This document shows, piece after piece, positions 1 to 8,267 of a stretch of DNA of 32,233 nt. The DNA is from Deltaproteobacteria bacterium (GTDB lineage: Bacteria > Myxococcota > JACRCW01), in NCBI GenBank assembly GCA_016218805.1, contig JACRCW010000114.1, forward strand, positions 1 through 32,233. Reading direction: 5' to 3'. Position 1 is the first letter of the stretch. The number at the start of each line of letters is the position of its first letter. The position numbers were made by a program, and so were the translations under genes. The notes below the pieces were generated by a model. The model made no database searches. It was not told the DNA's origin and saw only the letters and a program-made list of their open reading frames with translations.

Positions 1-239
1 ATGGCCTCGCCTGAGGAGCGGGCCGGGCGGGCCGCCGCCGCGGGCGGCGGGGGGGCAGCAGGCGCGGCGGGGCGGGTGGGCGGTGCGGCCGGCGTCTCAC
101 GCGCGGGGGCGGCGGCACGGCGAACGCGCGGCGCGGGCAGGCCGTCCACGCCCAGAGCGCCCAGGAACTCCAGGTGTCCGCGCAGGGCCACCGCCGCCTC
201 GGCCGCCAGCGCACGCAGCGCGGGATCCATGTCCGTCAT
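1..239 (-). CDS. 5' part of a gene running off the window edge; N-terminus plus Pro/Ala linker, loosely resembling family-4 uracil-DNA glycosylase N-termini
   Basis: Manual translation from ATG at 239 (MTDMDPALRALAAEAAVALRGHLEFLGALGVDGLPAPRVRRAAAPARETPAAPP...) is open to position 1 with GC-rich third positions. It is divergent from the MFS gene and absent from the ORF track. The product guess is weak because no catalytic domain is inside the window. Confidence 0.5.
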   Translation of the reverse strand, partial: MTDMDPALRALAAEAAVALRGHLEFLGALGVDGLPAPRVRRAAAPARETPAAPPTRPAAPAAPPPPAAAARPARSSGEA

Positions 240-314
240 GGGGCGCCTTCTACCGGAGGGCCGCGCCCGCGCGAAGTGGCGCGCGCGGCCGGTGCGCTGT
301 AAGCCGCGCGCAAC

Positions 315-1466
315 GTGTCCGCCCCCGCGCGCCTGATGCTCATGTACGCCGGGATCTTCCTGGGCGTGGGCATCATGATGTCCTTCCTGCCGCTGCACCT
401 GCGCACGCTGGGGTTCTCCGCCACGGCCATGGGCGCGGTGTTCGCCTTGCGGCCCGCGGTGCAGGTGGTCACGCCCACGTTGTGGGGCATGTGGGCGGAC
501 CACCGCGGCGACGCGCGCTTCCCGCTGCGGCTGGCCACGGTGGGATCGCTGTTGGCGTTTGTACCGTTGCTGTTCTCGCGCGATGCGGCGGTGGTCTCCG
601 CGCTGCTGCTGCTGCAGACGGCGTTTGGCGCCGGGCTGGTGCCGCTGACGGACGGCATGACGCTGGCCACGCTGCACAAGAACCCGGGGGGCTTTGGGCG
701 CGTGCGCGTGGCCGGCACGGTGTCCTTTGGCGTGGGCGTGCTGGGTTTCTCCGTGCTGCTGGGGCCCACCGGGGGATCCATGGAGCAGGCCGGCGAATGG
801 AGCGTTCCCGCCATCCTCGCCGCCATGGCTGCGTGCGTGGCCACGTCGCTGCTGCTGCCGGAGGTGCCGCCGCAGCCGCGGGAGCGCGGGGCGAAGGTGA
901 CCGCCCTCATCCGGCCGCTGTGGCTGTTTCTGCTGGTCAACGCGCTGCACTGGGCCGCGCACGCCACGTACACGGTGTTCTTTGGCGTGCACGTGGCGGA
1001 CCTGGGCCTGGGGCCGCACGTGGTGTCGGTGAGTCTCGTCGCTGCGGTGGGGGTGGAGACGGTGGTGCTGTTCGCGGCGCCGCGGTTGATGCAGCGGTTC
1101 TCCACGCGCGTGCTGCTGGTGGCGGCCATACTGGTGGCCATCCTGCGGTGGTGGGTGTCGTCGTGGGCCACGGCGGCGTGGCTCATTGTGGGGGCGCAGG
1201 CGCTGCACGGGGTGTCGTTTGGGCTGGCGTATGTCCTGGGCGTCACCTGGGTGCGCGCGCGCGTCCCGGACGAAGCGCGTTCCACCGGGCAGGGACTGTT
1301 CACGGCGGTGGTGTTTGGCGGTGGTGGCACGCTGGGCACGGCGCTGGCCGGCGTTGCGTATGACGCGGGGCGCGGCGCTGCGGCGTTCAACCTCGCCGTG
1401 GTGCTTGAGCTGGCCGCGCTGGCGCTGTTCGCCGCGGGTGAGTGGCGCGCGCACCGGGCGCGCTGA
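315..1466 (+). CDS. MFS transporter (MFS_1-like, HcaT/nucleoside:H+ symporter-like)
   Basis: About 12 hydrophobic segments; LWGMWADHRG motif A, FGRVRVAGTVSF, QALHGVSF and RSTGQGLF. Start may be GTG 315 or ATG 336/342. Confidence 0.88.
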   Translation: MSAPARLMLMYAGIFLGVGIMMSFLPLHLRTLGFSATAMGAVFALRPAVQVVTPTLWGMWADHRGDARFPLRLATVGSLLAFVPLLFSRDAAVVSALLLLQTAFGAGLVPLTDGMTLATLHKNPGGFGRVRVAGTVSFGVGVLGFSVLLGPTGGSMEQAGEWSVPAILAAMAACVATSLLLPEVPPQPRERGAKVTALIRPLWLFLLVNALHWAAHATYTVFFGVHVADLGLGPHVVSVSLVAAVGVETVVLFAAPRLMQRFSTRVLLVAAILVAILRWWVSSWATAAWLIVGAQALHGVSFGLAYVLGVTWVRARVPDEARSTGQGLFTAVVFGGGGTLGTALAGVAYDAGRGAAAFNLAVVLELAALALFAAGEWRAHRAR

Positions 1467-1478
1467 ACGCGCACGCTG

Positions 1479-1513
1479 TCACGCACTGCGGCGGGTACAG
1501 GCCCCGCCGCTAC
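1479..1513 (-). repeat. GTAG-type REP-like palindrome (dispersed repeat; second copy at 28782-28813)
   Basis: Minus strand reads GTAGCGGCGGGGCCTGTACCCGCCGCAGTGCGTGA, with an 8-bp stem (1488-1495/1503-1510). It lies between convergent genes; 31/32 nt match the reverse complement of 28782-28813. Confidence 0.75.
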
Positions 1514-1516
1514 GAG

Positions 1517-1555
1517 CGGAGCGGCGCGGGGCGTCCACGGAGCGGCGCGGGGCGT
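1517..1555. repeat. Two-copy direct repeat CGGAGCGGCGCGGGGCGT, 21-bp period
   Basis: Copies at 1517-1534 and 1538-1555, immediately beside the REP-like element. Confidence 0.7.
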
Positions 1556-1568
1556 GCGTCACACGTCT

Positions 1569-3029
1569 TCACCGGATGGAGAAGAAGCTCTTGATGCGCG
1601 CCAGCAGCTGGCTGCTGTGCTCCTCAATGGGCGGCACCTGCGCATCCGCCGCGGCGCGCGCCTTGAGCAGCGCCATCTGGCGCTCCGCCACGGCCCGGCT
1701 CATCACGTCCACCACGCCGGGGTTGCGGTTGAGCACGTCGGTGAACCCGGGGTGGCCCACCACGTACGCCTGCACCTCGTCCACCGCCACCACGGTGGCG
1801 GACCGCCGCTCACCCGTCAGCAGGGACATCTCACCAAAGAACGCGCCCGCCTCCAGGTGCGCCACCGCGGAGCCCCGCACCAGGATCTTCACCTGGCCGC
1901 TGTGGATGATGAACAGCTCGTCCCCCTCCTCGCCTTCCGTGATGATGGCGTCACCCGGGATGTACGTGCGGCGTTGGATGGACCGCGCCAGCAGCGCCAG
2001 CTGCTCCTCAGACAGCGCCTTGAGGAAGTCTATCCCCTGCAGCCGCTTGGTCACGCTGGCCACTTCCTCGTCGGTCATGGCCGGCCGCGCAATGGCCCCC
2101 GCCCGCTCCAGCGCGTACCAGACGCGTTCGTTGACGGCGCCGTCAATGGTCTCGCGCTGCTCAAAGCGGTCCACAAAGTAACGCGCCTGGTAGACGACGA
2201 ACGCGTCCTTGTACCCGGTCACCAGCACCTGCGGTGGCGGCTCCGCCAGCACTCCGTCCACGGAACGCACGGCGCGCAGCGCAGCGTCACGCGCCCGCCG
2301 TGGCGGCACCGGCAGCGGGAGGGAAAAATCCAGCGTGCGCCGCATCAGCGGCGTGGGCTTGGAGAAGTTGATGATGGAGCTCTTGGCCAGCGGGCCGTTG
2401 GGGACCACCACCTCCACGCGGTCTTCGGTGAACAGCTTGGTGGCGCGCCAGTTGATCTCCAGCACCTGCCCCACGTGCCGCGGGTCGTTGTCGAATTGGA
2501 TCCAGTCACCCTCCTCAAACGGCCGCTGCCCCTGGATGGCCAGGCCCGCCACCACGTTGCCCAGCGTCTCCTGCAGCGCCAGGCCGATGACGGCGGTGAG
2601 CAGCGCGGAGGTGGTCAGCAGACTGCCCGGCTCCATGCCCGCGCTGCGCAGGCTGATGAACACCACGGCGGCGTAGACAAACCCCTGCAGGATGTCCCGG
2701 AAGATGGCGGGCATGGGCCGCCCGGCGCTGGGCCGCAGGCGCAGGTCCACCACCAGCAGGAACCCCAGCCGGCCCGCCGCCAGCAGCACCGCCAGCAGCG
2801 CCACGCCCCACAGCAGCGTGCCCTGCGGGCGGAACACCGCGTGCAGCACGCACAGCAGCGCGTTGGCGGTCAGGCAGGTCAGCGGGAAGCGGAGGTCCGT
2901 GCGGCGGTTCGCGGGCAACACAACCTGCAGCAGCGCCCAGACAACAAACCCCAGGCCCGCGCCCCAGCCGCCCACGATCCACGCGTCGGCCTGGGTCAGG
3001 CGCTCAGCCAATGAGGCGTCGAGGTCCAT
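1569..3029 (-). CDS. MscS-family mechanosensitive channel with C-terminal cyclic-nucleotide-binding domain
   Basis: N-terminal TM helices; MscS signature GLALQETLGNVVAGL...PFEEGDWI...GQVLEINWRAT...VVVPN; cNMP cassette FFGEMSLLTGERRSATV. Confidence 0.92.
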   Translation of the reverse strand: MDLDASLAERLTQADAWIVGGWGAGLGFVVWALLQVVLPANRRTDLRFPLTCLTANALLCVLHAVFRPQGTLLWGVALLAVLLAAGRLGFLLVVDLRLRPSAGRPMPAIFRDILQGFVYAAVVFISLRSAGMEPGSLLTTSALLTAVIGLALQETLGNVVAGLAIQGQRPFEEGDWIQFDNDPRHVGQVLEINWRATKLFTEDRVEVVVPNGPLAKSSIINFSKPTPLMRRTLDFSLPLPVPPRRARDAALRAVRSVDGVLAEPPPQVLVTGYKDAFVVYQARYFVDRFEQRETIDGAVNERVWYALERAGAIARPAMTDEEVASVTKRLQGIDFLKALSEEQLALLARSIQRRTYIPGDAIITEGEEGDELFIIHSGQVKILVRGSAVAHLEAGAFFGEMSLLTGERRSATVVAVDEVQAYVVGHPGFTDVLNRNPGVVDVMSRAVAERQMALLKARAAADAQVPPIEEHSSQLLARIKSFFSIR

Positions 3030-3177
3030 GCGGGTTTTGTCCTCGCGGCCGGCTACCAGAGGAGACCGTCAGGCGGCAACGCGCGGTGCCGCGCCACCGG
3101 CCTCGCCGGGCCCGGGGTCCTGCACTAGAGTCCGCCGTCCGTTCGCGGTTGTCGTCGTCATCCTGCAGGAGGCGCGC

Positions 3178-4677
3178 ATGTCAGGCTCACACATCCTTGC
3201 CATTGATCAGGGCACCACGGGCACCACCGTTCTGGTGGTGGACCCGCAGCTGCGGGTGAAGGGCCGGGCCACCGTGGAATACAAGCAGATCTATCCCAAG
3301 CCCGGCTGGGTGGAGCATGACCCCGAGGACATCTGGCTGAGCGTCACCAAGGCCATCACGCAGGCGCTCAAGGGCGCGTCCCTGCGGCCGCAGGAGCTGG
3401 GCGCCATTGGCATCACCAACCAGCGCGAGACGACGGTGCTGTGGCACAAGGCCACCGGGCGCCCGTGCATGAACGCCATGGTGTGGCAGGACCGCCGTAC
3501 AGCGGAGGACTGCCACAAGCTCAAGGAGCAGGGTCACGAATCCCTGTTTCGCGAGAAGACCGGCCTGGTGCTGGACCCGTACTTCTCCGGCACCAAGCTG
3601 GCGTGGATGCTGCGCGAGGTGAACGGCGCGCGCACGGATGCGGAGGCGGGCAAGGCGCTGTTTGGGACCATTGATTCCTACCTGGTGTGGCGCCTCACCG
3701 GCGGCGCTGAAGGCGGCGTGCACGTGACCGACGTCAGCAATGCGTCGCGCACGCTGATGTTCGGGCTGCAGGGGCTCAAGTGGGAGCCGGAGCTGCTCAA
3801 GGTGCTGGGCATTCCGGAGGCGTGCCTGCCGCGCGTGGTCTCCTCCGCCGAGGTGTACGGCAAGACGCGCGGGCTGTCCGGCATCCTCCCGGACGGCATC
3901 CCGCTGTGCGGCATGGCCGGTGACCAGCAGGCCGCGCTGTTTGGCCAGGCGTGTTTTGAGCCGGGGGACGCCAAGATCACCTTTGGCACCGGCGCGTTCA
4001 TGCTGATGAACACGGGCAAGGAGATTGTCCACAGCAAGAACAACCTCATCACCACGGTGGCCTGGCAGGTGGCGGGGCAGGTGAACTACGCGCTGGAGGG
4101 CAGCGCGTTCATTGCCGGGGCGGCGGTGCAGTGGCTGCGTGACGGGCTCAAGCTCATCCACACCGCGGGGCAGGTGGAAGCGCTGGCGGAGACGGTGGAG
4201 AACTCCGGCAGCGTGGTGTTTGTCCCCGCGCTGACGGGGCTGGGCGCCCCGCACTGGCGGCCTGACGCGCGCGGCGCGCTGATGGGGCTCACGCGGGACA
4301 GCAACGCGGGTCACATTGCCCGCGCCTGCCTGGAGGGCATTGCCCTGCAGAACGCGGAGATCCTGCTGGCCATGGACAAGGACGCCACCCTGGTGGCGCA
4401 CCTGAAGTCCACCAAGGTGGACGGCGGTGCCGCCGCCAACAACCTGCTCATGCAGCTGCAGGCGGACGTGCTGCGCATCCCGTGCGTGCGGCCCAAGGTC
4501 ATTGAGACCACCGCGGTGGGCGCCGCCTGCCTGGCCGGGCTGGGCGCCGGGATGTTCACGGACCTGGCGGCGGTGAAGAACGCGTGGAAGGAGGACCGCG
4601 TGTTCCAACCGCGCATGAAGGACCCGGAGCGTGAAGCGTTGATGAAGAAGTGGGCCCGCGCCGTGGCCGTGGCGTGA
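3178..4677 (+). CDS. glpK: Glycerol kinase
   Basis: ILAIDQGTTG, PKPGWVEHDP, GITNQRET, WQDRRT, DPYFSGTK, GDQQAALFGQ, YALEGS, VDGG. ATG 3178 follows a GGAGG RBS; the ORF-track start at 2692 is over-extended. Confidence 0.97.
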   Translation: MSGSHILAIDQGTTGTTVLVVDPQLRVKGRATVEYKQIYPKPGWVEHDPEDIWLSVTKAITQALKGASLRPQELGAIGITNQRETTVLWHKATGRPCMNAMVWQDRRTAEDCHKLKEQGHESLFREKTGLVLDPYFSGTKLAWMLREVNGARTDAEAGKALFGTIDSYLVWRLTGGAEGGVHVTDVSNASRTLMFGLQGLKWEPELLKVLGIPEACLPRVVSSAEVYGKTRGLSGILPDGIPLCGMAGDQQAALFGQACFEPGDAKITFGTGAFMLMNTGKEIVHSKNNLITTVAWQVAGQVNYALEGSAFIAGAAVQWLRDGLKLIHTAGQVEALAETVENSGSVVFVPALTGLGAPHWRPDARGALMGLTRDSNAGHIARACLEGIALQNAEILLAMDKDATLVAHLKSTKVDGGAAANNLLMQLQADVLRIPCVRPKVIETTAVGAACLAGLGAGMFTDLAAVKNAWKEDRVFQPRMKDPEREALMKKWARAVAVA

Positions 4678-5720
4678 TGGCTCCCAAGCGACGCCGCCCC
4701 GCGGTGGAGGTGCCCGCCCTGGCCGAGCGGCAGCCCCGGTCGGTGCGCGAGCTGGTGGCCTACGGCCGGGACGTGATCCGCTCAGAGCGCGCGGCGCTGG
4801 CGCTGCTGGAGGAGCAGTTGGAGGCGCCGTTTGCCACCGCGGTGCAGTGGGTGCTGCGCTGCAAGGGCCACGTGGTGCTGTGCGGCGTGGGCAAACCGTC
4901 TTTTGTGGCGCAGAAGGTGAGCGCCACGTTTGCGTCCATTGGCGTGCCGTCGTTCTTCCTGCATCCGTCTGAAGCCGTGCACGGTGACCTGGGCCGCGTA
5001 TCCCGGCGTGACCTGGTGCTGGTGCTGTCCAACAGCGGCCGTACCGAGGAGGTGGTGCGCATCCTGGGGCCGCTGCGCGCGCTGGGCGTGAAGCTGGTGG
5101 CCATCACCGGGGACGCGGACAGTCCGCTGGCCCGCCACAGCGACCTGGTGCTGCCGCTGGGACCGGTGCTGGAGGCGTGTCCGCTGGGGCTGGCGCCCAC
5201 TGCATCCTCCACGGCCATGCTGGTGCTGGGGGATGCGTTGGCCATGACGGTGAGCGCGGCGCGCCAGCTCAGCCGGGACGAGTTTGCGCGGTTCCACCCT
5301 GGCGGGAAGCTGGGGCGCCAGTTGATGCGCGTGGGTGAGGTCATGCGCCGGGGCGAAGAGAACCCGTGCATCCCCGCCGGCAGCCCGCTGCGCGAGGCGG
5401 TGCGCGTGATGACGGAGACCCCCGGGCGCCCGGGCGCCACGCACGTGGTGGATGCGGATGGGCGGCTGCTGGGCCTGCTCACGGACGGGGACCTGCGGCG
5501 TTACCTGCTGCGGCAGACGCGCGGGCGCCCGGACCTGTCCCTGCCGGTGGACCGGCTGATGGCGCACGCCCCGCGGACGGTGCAACCCGGCCAGTTGGTG
5601 GAGGAAGCGCTGCGCGTGCTGGCGGATTTCAAGGTGGACCAGGTGCCCGTGGTGGATGACGCCGGGCGGCCGGTGGGTCTGCTGGACGTGCAGGACCTGC
5701 TGGCAGTCCGCCGCTTGTGA
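4677..5720 (+). CDS. kdsD: KpsF/GutQ-family arabinose-5-phosphate isomerase (SIS + 2 CBS)
   Basis: GVGKP..VAQK, FLHPSEAVHGDLG, SNSGRT, EACPLGLAPTASS, RFHPGGKLG, CBS pair (TDGDLRR). ATG overlaps the glpK stop (TGATG). Confidence 0.92.
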   Translation: MAPKRRRPAVEVPALAERQPRSVRELVAYGRDVIRSERAALALLEEQLEAPFATAVQWVLRCKGHVVLCGVGKPSFVAQKVSATFASIGVPSFFLHPSEAVHGDLGRVSRRDLVLVLSNSGRTEEVVRILGPLRALGVKLVAITGDADSPLARHSDLVLPLGPVLEACPLGLAPTASSTAMLVLGDALAMTVSAARQLSRDEFARFHPGGKLGRQLMRVGEVMRRGEENPCIPAGSPLREAVRVMTETPGRPGATHVVDADGRLLGLLTDGDLRRYLLRQTRGRPDLSLPVDRLMAHAPRTVQPGQLVEEALRVLADFKVDQVPVVDDAGRPVGLLDVQDLLAVRRL

Positions 5721-5727
5721 GGTTTCC

Positions 5728-6651
5728 ATGCAAGACATCCTGGTCCTGCACGACGAAGTGGCACAGGCAAAGAGCGAGCACCGGGCCGTGGTGGCGCTGG
5801 AGAGTACGCTGTTGGCCCACGGCATGCCGGCCCACCGCCGGATGGAGGTGGCCGCGCAGCTCAACGCGGCGGTGCGGGCGGAGGGCGCGGTCCCCGCGGT
5901 GATTGCCGTGGTGGACGGCCGCATCCGCGTGGGGCTGGATGACGCCGCGCTGGAGCAGTTGTGCCTGGCCCCCACCGTCCACAAGACGGCCGAACGCGAC
6001 CTCAGCTTCGCCGTCGCGACGGGCGGCCACCACGCCACCACCGTGTCATCCACGATGTGGGTGGCGCACCGCGCGGGGATTGACGTGTTTGCCACCGGCG
6101 GGGTGGGCGGCGTGCACCGCGACGCGGAAGAGACGTTTGATGAGAGCCAGGACCTGCGCGCACTGGCCACCCACCCGGTGGCGGTGGTGAGCGCGGGCGC
6201 CAAGGCCATCCTGGACCTGCGGCGCACCGTGGAGCGGCTGGAGACACTGGGGGTGGCGGTGGTGGGATTTGGGACGCCGGAGTTCCCCGCGTTCTACACG
6301 CGCACCTCCGGCATCCCGCTGGAGCACGTCGTGGCGGACGTGGCCGCGCTGGCACGCGTGGTCCACGCGCGGCTGCACACGCTGCGGCAGGGCGGCATCC
6401 TCATCTGCAACCCGGTCCCCGCGGAGCATGAAATGGACGACGCCCTGCTGGACGCCGCACTGGGCAAGGTCCTGGCGGATGCCAAGGCGCACGGCATCCA
6501 CGGGAAGGCGCTGACGCCGCGGCTGCTGGCGGCCATGGAGCAGGCCACCGGCGGGGAGAGCGTGCGGGTGAACATTGCGCTGGCGGAGAACAACGCGCGG
6601 CTGGGCGCGCGCCTGGCGGTGGCGCTGTGTCAGCTGGGGGCGCCCCGGTGA
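5728..6651 (+). CDS. psuG: Pseudouridine-5'-phosphate glycosidase
   Basis: VVALESTLLAHGMP, ATTVS, VFATGGVGGVHR, DESQDL, GAKAILD, GKALTPRLL, NIALAENNA. ATG 5728 follows GAGG. Confidence 0.95.
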   Translation: MQDILVLHDEVAQAKSEHRAVVALESTLLAHGMPAHRRMEVAAQLNAAVRAEGAVPAVIAVVDGRIRVGLDDAALEQLCLAPTVHKTAERDLSFAVATGGHHATTVSSTMWVAHRAGIDVFATGGVGGVHRDAEETFDESQDLRALATHPVAVVSAGAKAILDLRRTVERLETLGVAVVGFGTPEFPAFYTRTSGIPLEHVVADVAALARVVHARLHTLRQGGILICNPVPAEHEMDDALLDAALGKVLADAKAHGIHGKALTPRLLAAMEQATGGESVRVNIALAENNARLGARLAVALCQLGAPR

Positions 6652-7226
6652 GCCGTCCGCTGGTGCTGGCAAGCGGCAGCCCCATCCGCCGCGCCCTGCT
6701 GGCGCAGGCGGGTTACGCGTTTGAGGTGCTCCCTGCGGACATCGCCGAACCGCAGCCGCACAACGTTCCTCCCGCGGAGCTGGCGGCGGCGCTCGCGCTC
6801 GCCAAGGCGCACGCGGTGGCGGCGCAGCGCCCCGGCGCCGTCGTGGTGGGAGCGGACCAGGTGCTGCTGCTGCCGGACGGCACCGCCGCGGGCAAACCGT
6901 GGGACCGGGCGGCGGCGCGGGCCCAGCTGCGCGCGCTGGCCGGGCGCCGCCACGCGCTGGTGAGCGCGGCGGCGGTGGTGGCGGACGGCGCGGAGGAACT
7001 GGTGGTGGACCGCGTGGACCTCACGCTGCGCGCGCTGTCTGACGCTGAGCTGGAGCGCGTGCTGGACTGGGACGAATGGCGTGGCAACGCGGGCAGCTAC
7101 CGGATGGAGTCCCGCGGCGTGCACCTGGTGGACACGCTGCAGGGCGACCACTTCACGGTGCTGGGGTTGCCGCTGTTGGGGCTGGTGGGCGTGCTGCGCC
7201 GGCTGGGCGCGGGACCGCTGGCCTGA
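6648..7226 (+). CDS. maf: Maf-family nucleoside triphosphate pyrophosphatase with YceF-like specificity residues
   Basis: LVLASGSPIRR, LALAKA, VVGADQ, GKP, AGSYRME, VLGLPL. GTG overlaps the psuG stop (GTGA). Confidence 0.9.
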   Translation: MSRPLVLASGSPIRRALLAQAGYAFEVLPADIAEPQPHNVPPAELAAALALAKAHAVAAQRPGAVVVGADQVLLLPDGTAAGKPWDRAAARAQLRALAGRRHALVSAAAVVADGAEELVVDRVDLTLRALSDAELERVLDWDEWRGNAGSYRMESRGVHLVDTLQGDHFTVLGLPLLGLVGVLRRLGAGPLA

Positions 7227-7259
7227 CGGGACGGCCGGGCGGCGCGCCTCCAGGGGCCC

Positions 7260-8267
7260 TCACGCCCTGTGGATTGGCTCGGAACGGATTCCCGCGTCGG
7301 AAACTACGCGTTGTGCCAGTGCTTCAAACAGTGCGTAGGTATCCCTGACCGCGGCGGCGTGACCGCCAATCGCGCCGTCCGCACCGGTGAGCATGAACAC
7401 CGGCCGGCGCGCGTCCTGCGCCATGGGCATCAGGCTCTTGAAGTGTTTCACCTCGGCCAGGCAGGCGCTGGGCAGGACAGCGTCGCTCCCAAGGATGGAG
7501 TGCGCATAGACAGCCGGGATGCGGGCTCCCCACCTCGCGTACGCCTGCACAGGGCGGTTCTGTCGCATGGACGGGCTCATCAACACGTAGCCCAGCGGTG
7601 CCATGGAGCCCAGCGGCAGTTCCAACCCGGGAGGAACTGTCCGGCGGACGCGGCGTTCATTCCACCCCTCCCGCCACTTCCTCAGCGTGCGGCCAAGGTT
7701 GCGCAGCCCCTGCAGTGAAAACAGGTCTGCGGCCAACGGGATGACGACGTGGTCGGACGCCACCAGCGCTGCGCGGTTCAATGCTCCCACGCTCGGTCCC
7801 ACGTCCACCAGGGCAACTTCGAAGCCCCCGCGGTCACGCGCCGCCGCAATGATGCGATGGAATGCGCTGATGACCCGGAACCCGTCCCGTGCAACCGGCC
7901 TGTCATCGGTCAGGCAATCTGCCCAGCCCTTGGACAACCGCTCTTCAAACTCCCCCAATCCCAGGTCTCCCACCACAAGGGACAGGTTGTCCGCAATCCG
8001 GACGGCCTCCACCGGCGCAATGTCGCCTTCGTGCTCCATGAGCGGGGAAACCGCACCGAGGATGGTGCGTGGGTGCGGTCCCTCCGGCCAGAATTCCTCC
8101 AGTTCTTCATCCTGCATGAATGCGGCGGAGAGGTTGGACTGGGGGTCCAAGTCAACCGCCAGGACCTTCACGCCCAGTTCCCGGAACATCCAGGCCAGGT
8201 GATACAGCAGGCTGGTCTTACCCACGCCGCCCTTGTTGTTGAAGAACGCAATGGTCTTGAAGCTCAC
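7260..8267 (-). CDS. ParA/Soj-like ATPase, extended orphan type with no parB
   Basis: Deviant Walker A FFNNKGGVGKTS, VDLDPQSNL, LVDVGPSVGALNR, DLFSLQGL. GTG start overlaps the upstream stop (GTGA, 8264-8267). Confidence 0.9.
   Translation of the reverse strand: MSFKTIAFFNNKGGVGKTSLLYHLAWMFRELGVKVLAVDLDPQSNLSAAFMQDEELEEFWPEGPHPRTILGAVSPLMEHEGDIAPVEAVRIADNLSLVVGDLGLGEFEERLSKGWADCLTDDRPVARDGFRVISAFHRIIAAARDRGGFEVALVDVGPSVGALNRAALVASDHVVIPLAADLFSLQGLRNLGRTLRKWREGWNERRVRRTVPPGLELPLGSMAPLGYVLMSPSMRQNRPVQAYARWGARIPAVYAHSILGSDAVLPSACLAEVKHFKSLMPMAQDARRPVFMLTGADGAIGGHAAAVRDTYALFEALAQRVVSDAGIRSEPIHRA

Noticed and set aside
1554..3014. Long antisense and alternative-frame ORFs here and throughout (e.g. 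9723-11441, 21206-23218, 30143-31735)
   Set aside because: Shadow ORFs expected in high-GC DNA; they overlap well-supported genes and lack family motifs.
2692..3177. N-terminal extensions in the ORF track for glpK (also 12858, 22723, 25436, 30206 starts)
   Set aside because: They overlap neighbouring genes or repeats; internal starts with clear RBS match the family N-termini.
7260..8267. Chromosome or plasmid partition locus
   Set aside because: No parB, parS-like palindrome or replication gene nearby; the gene is coupled to an AlbA_2 protein instead.
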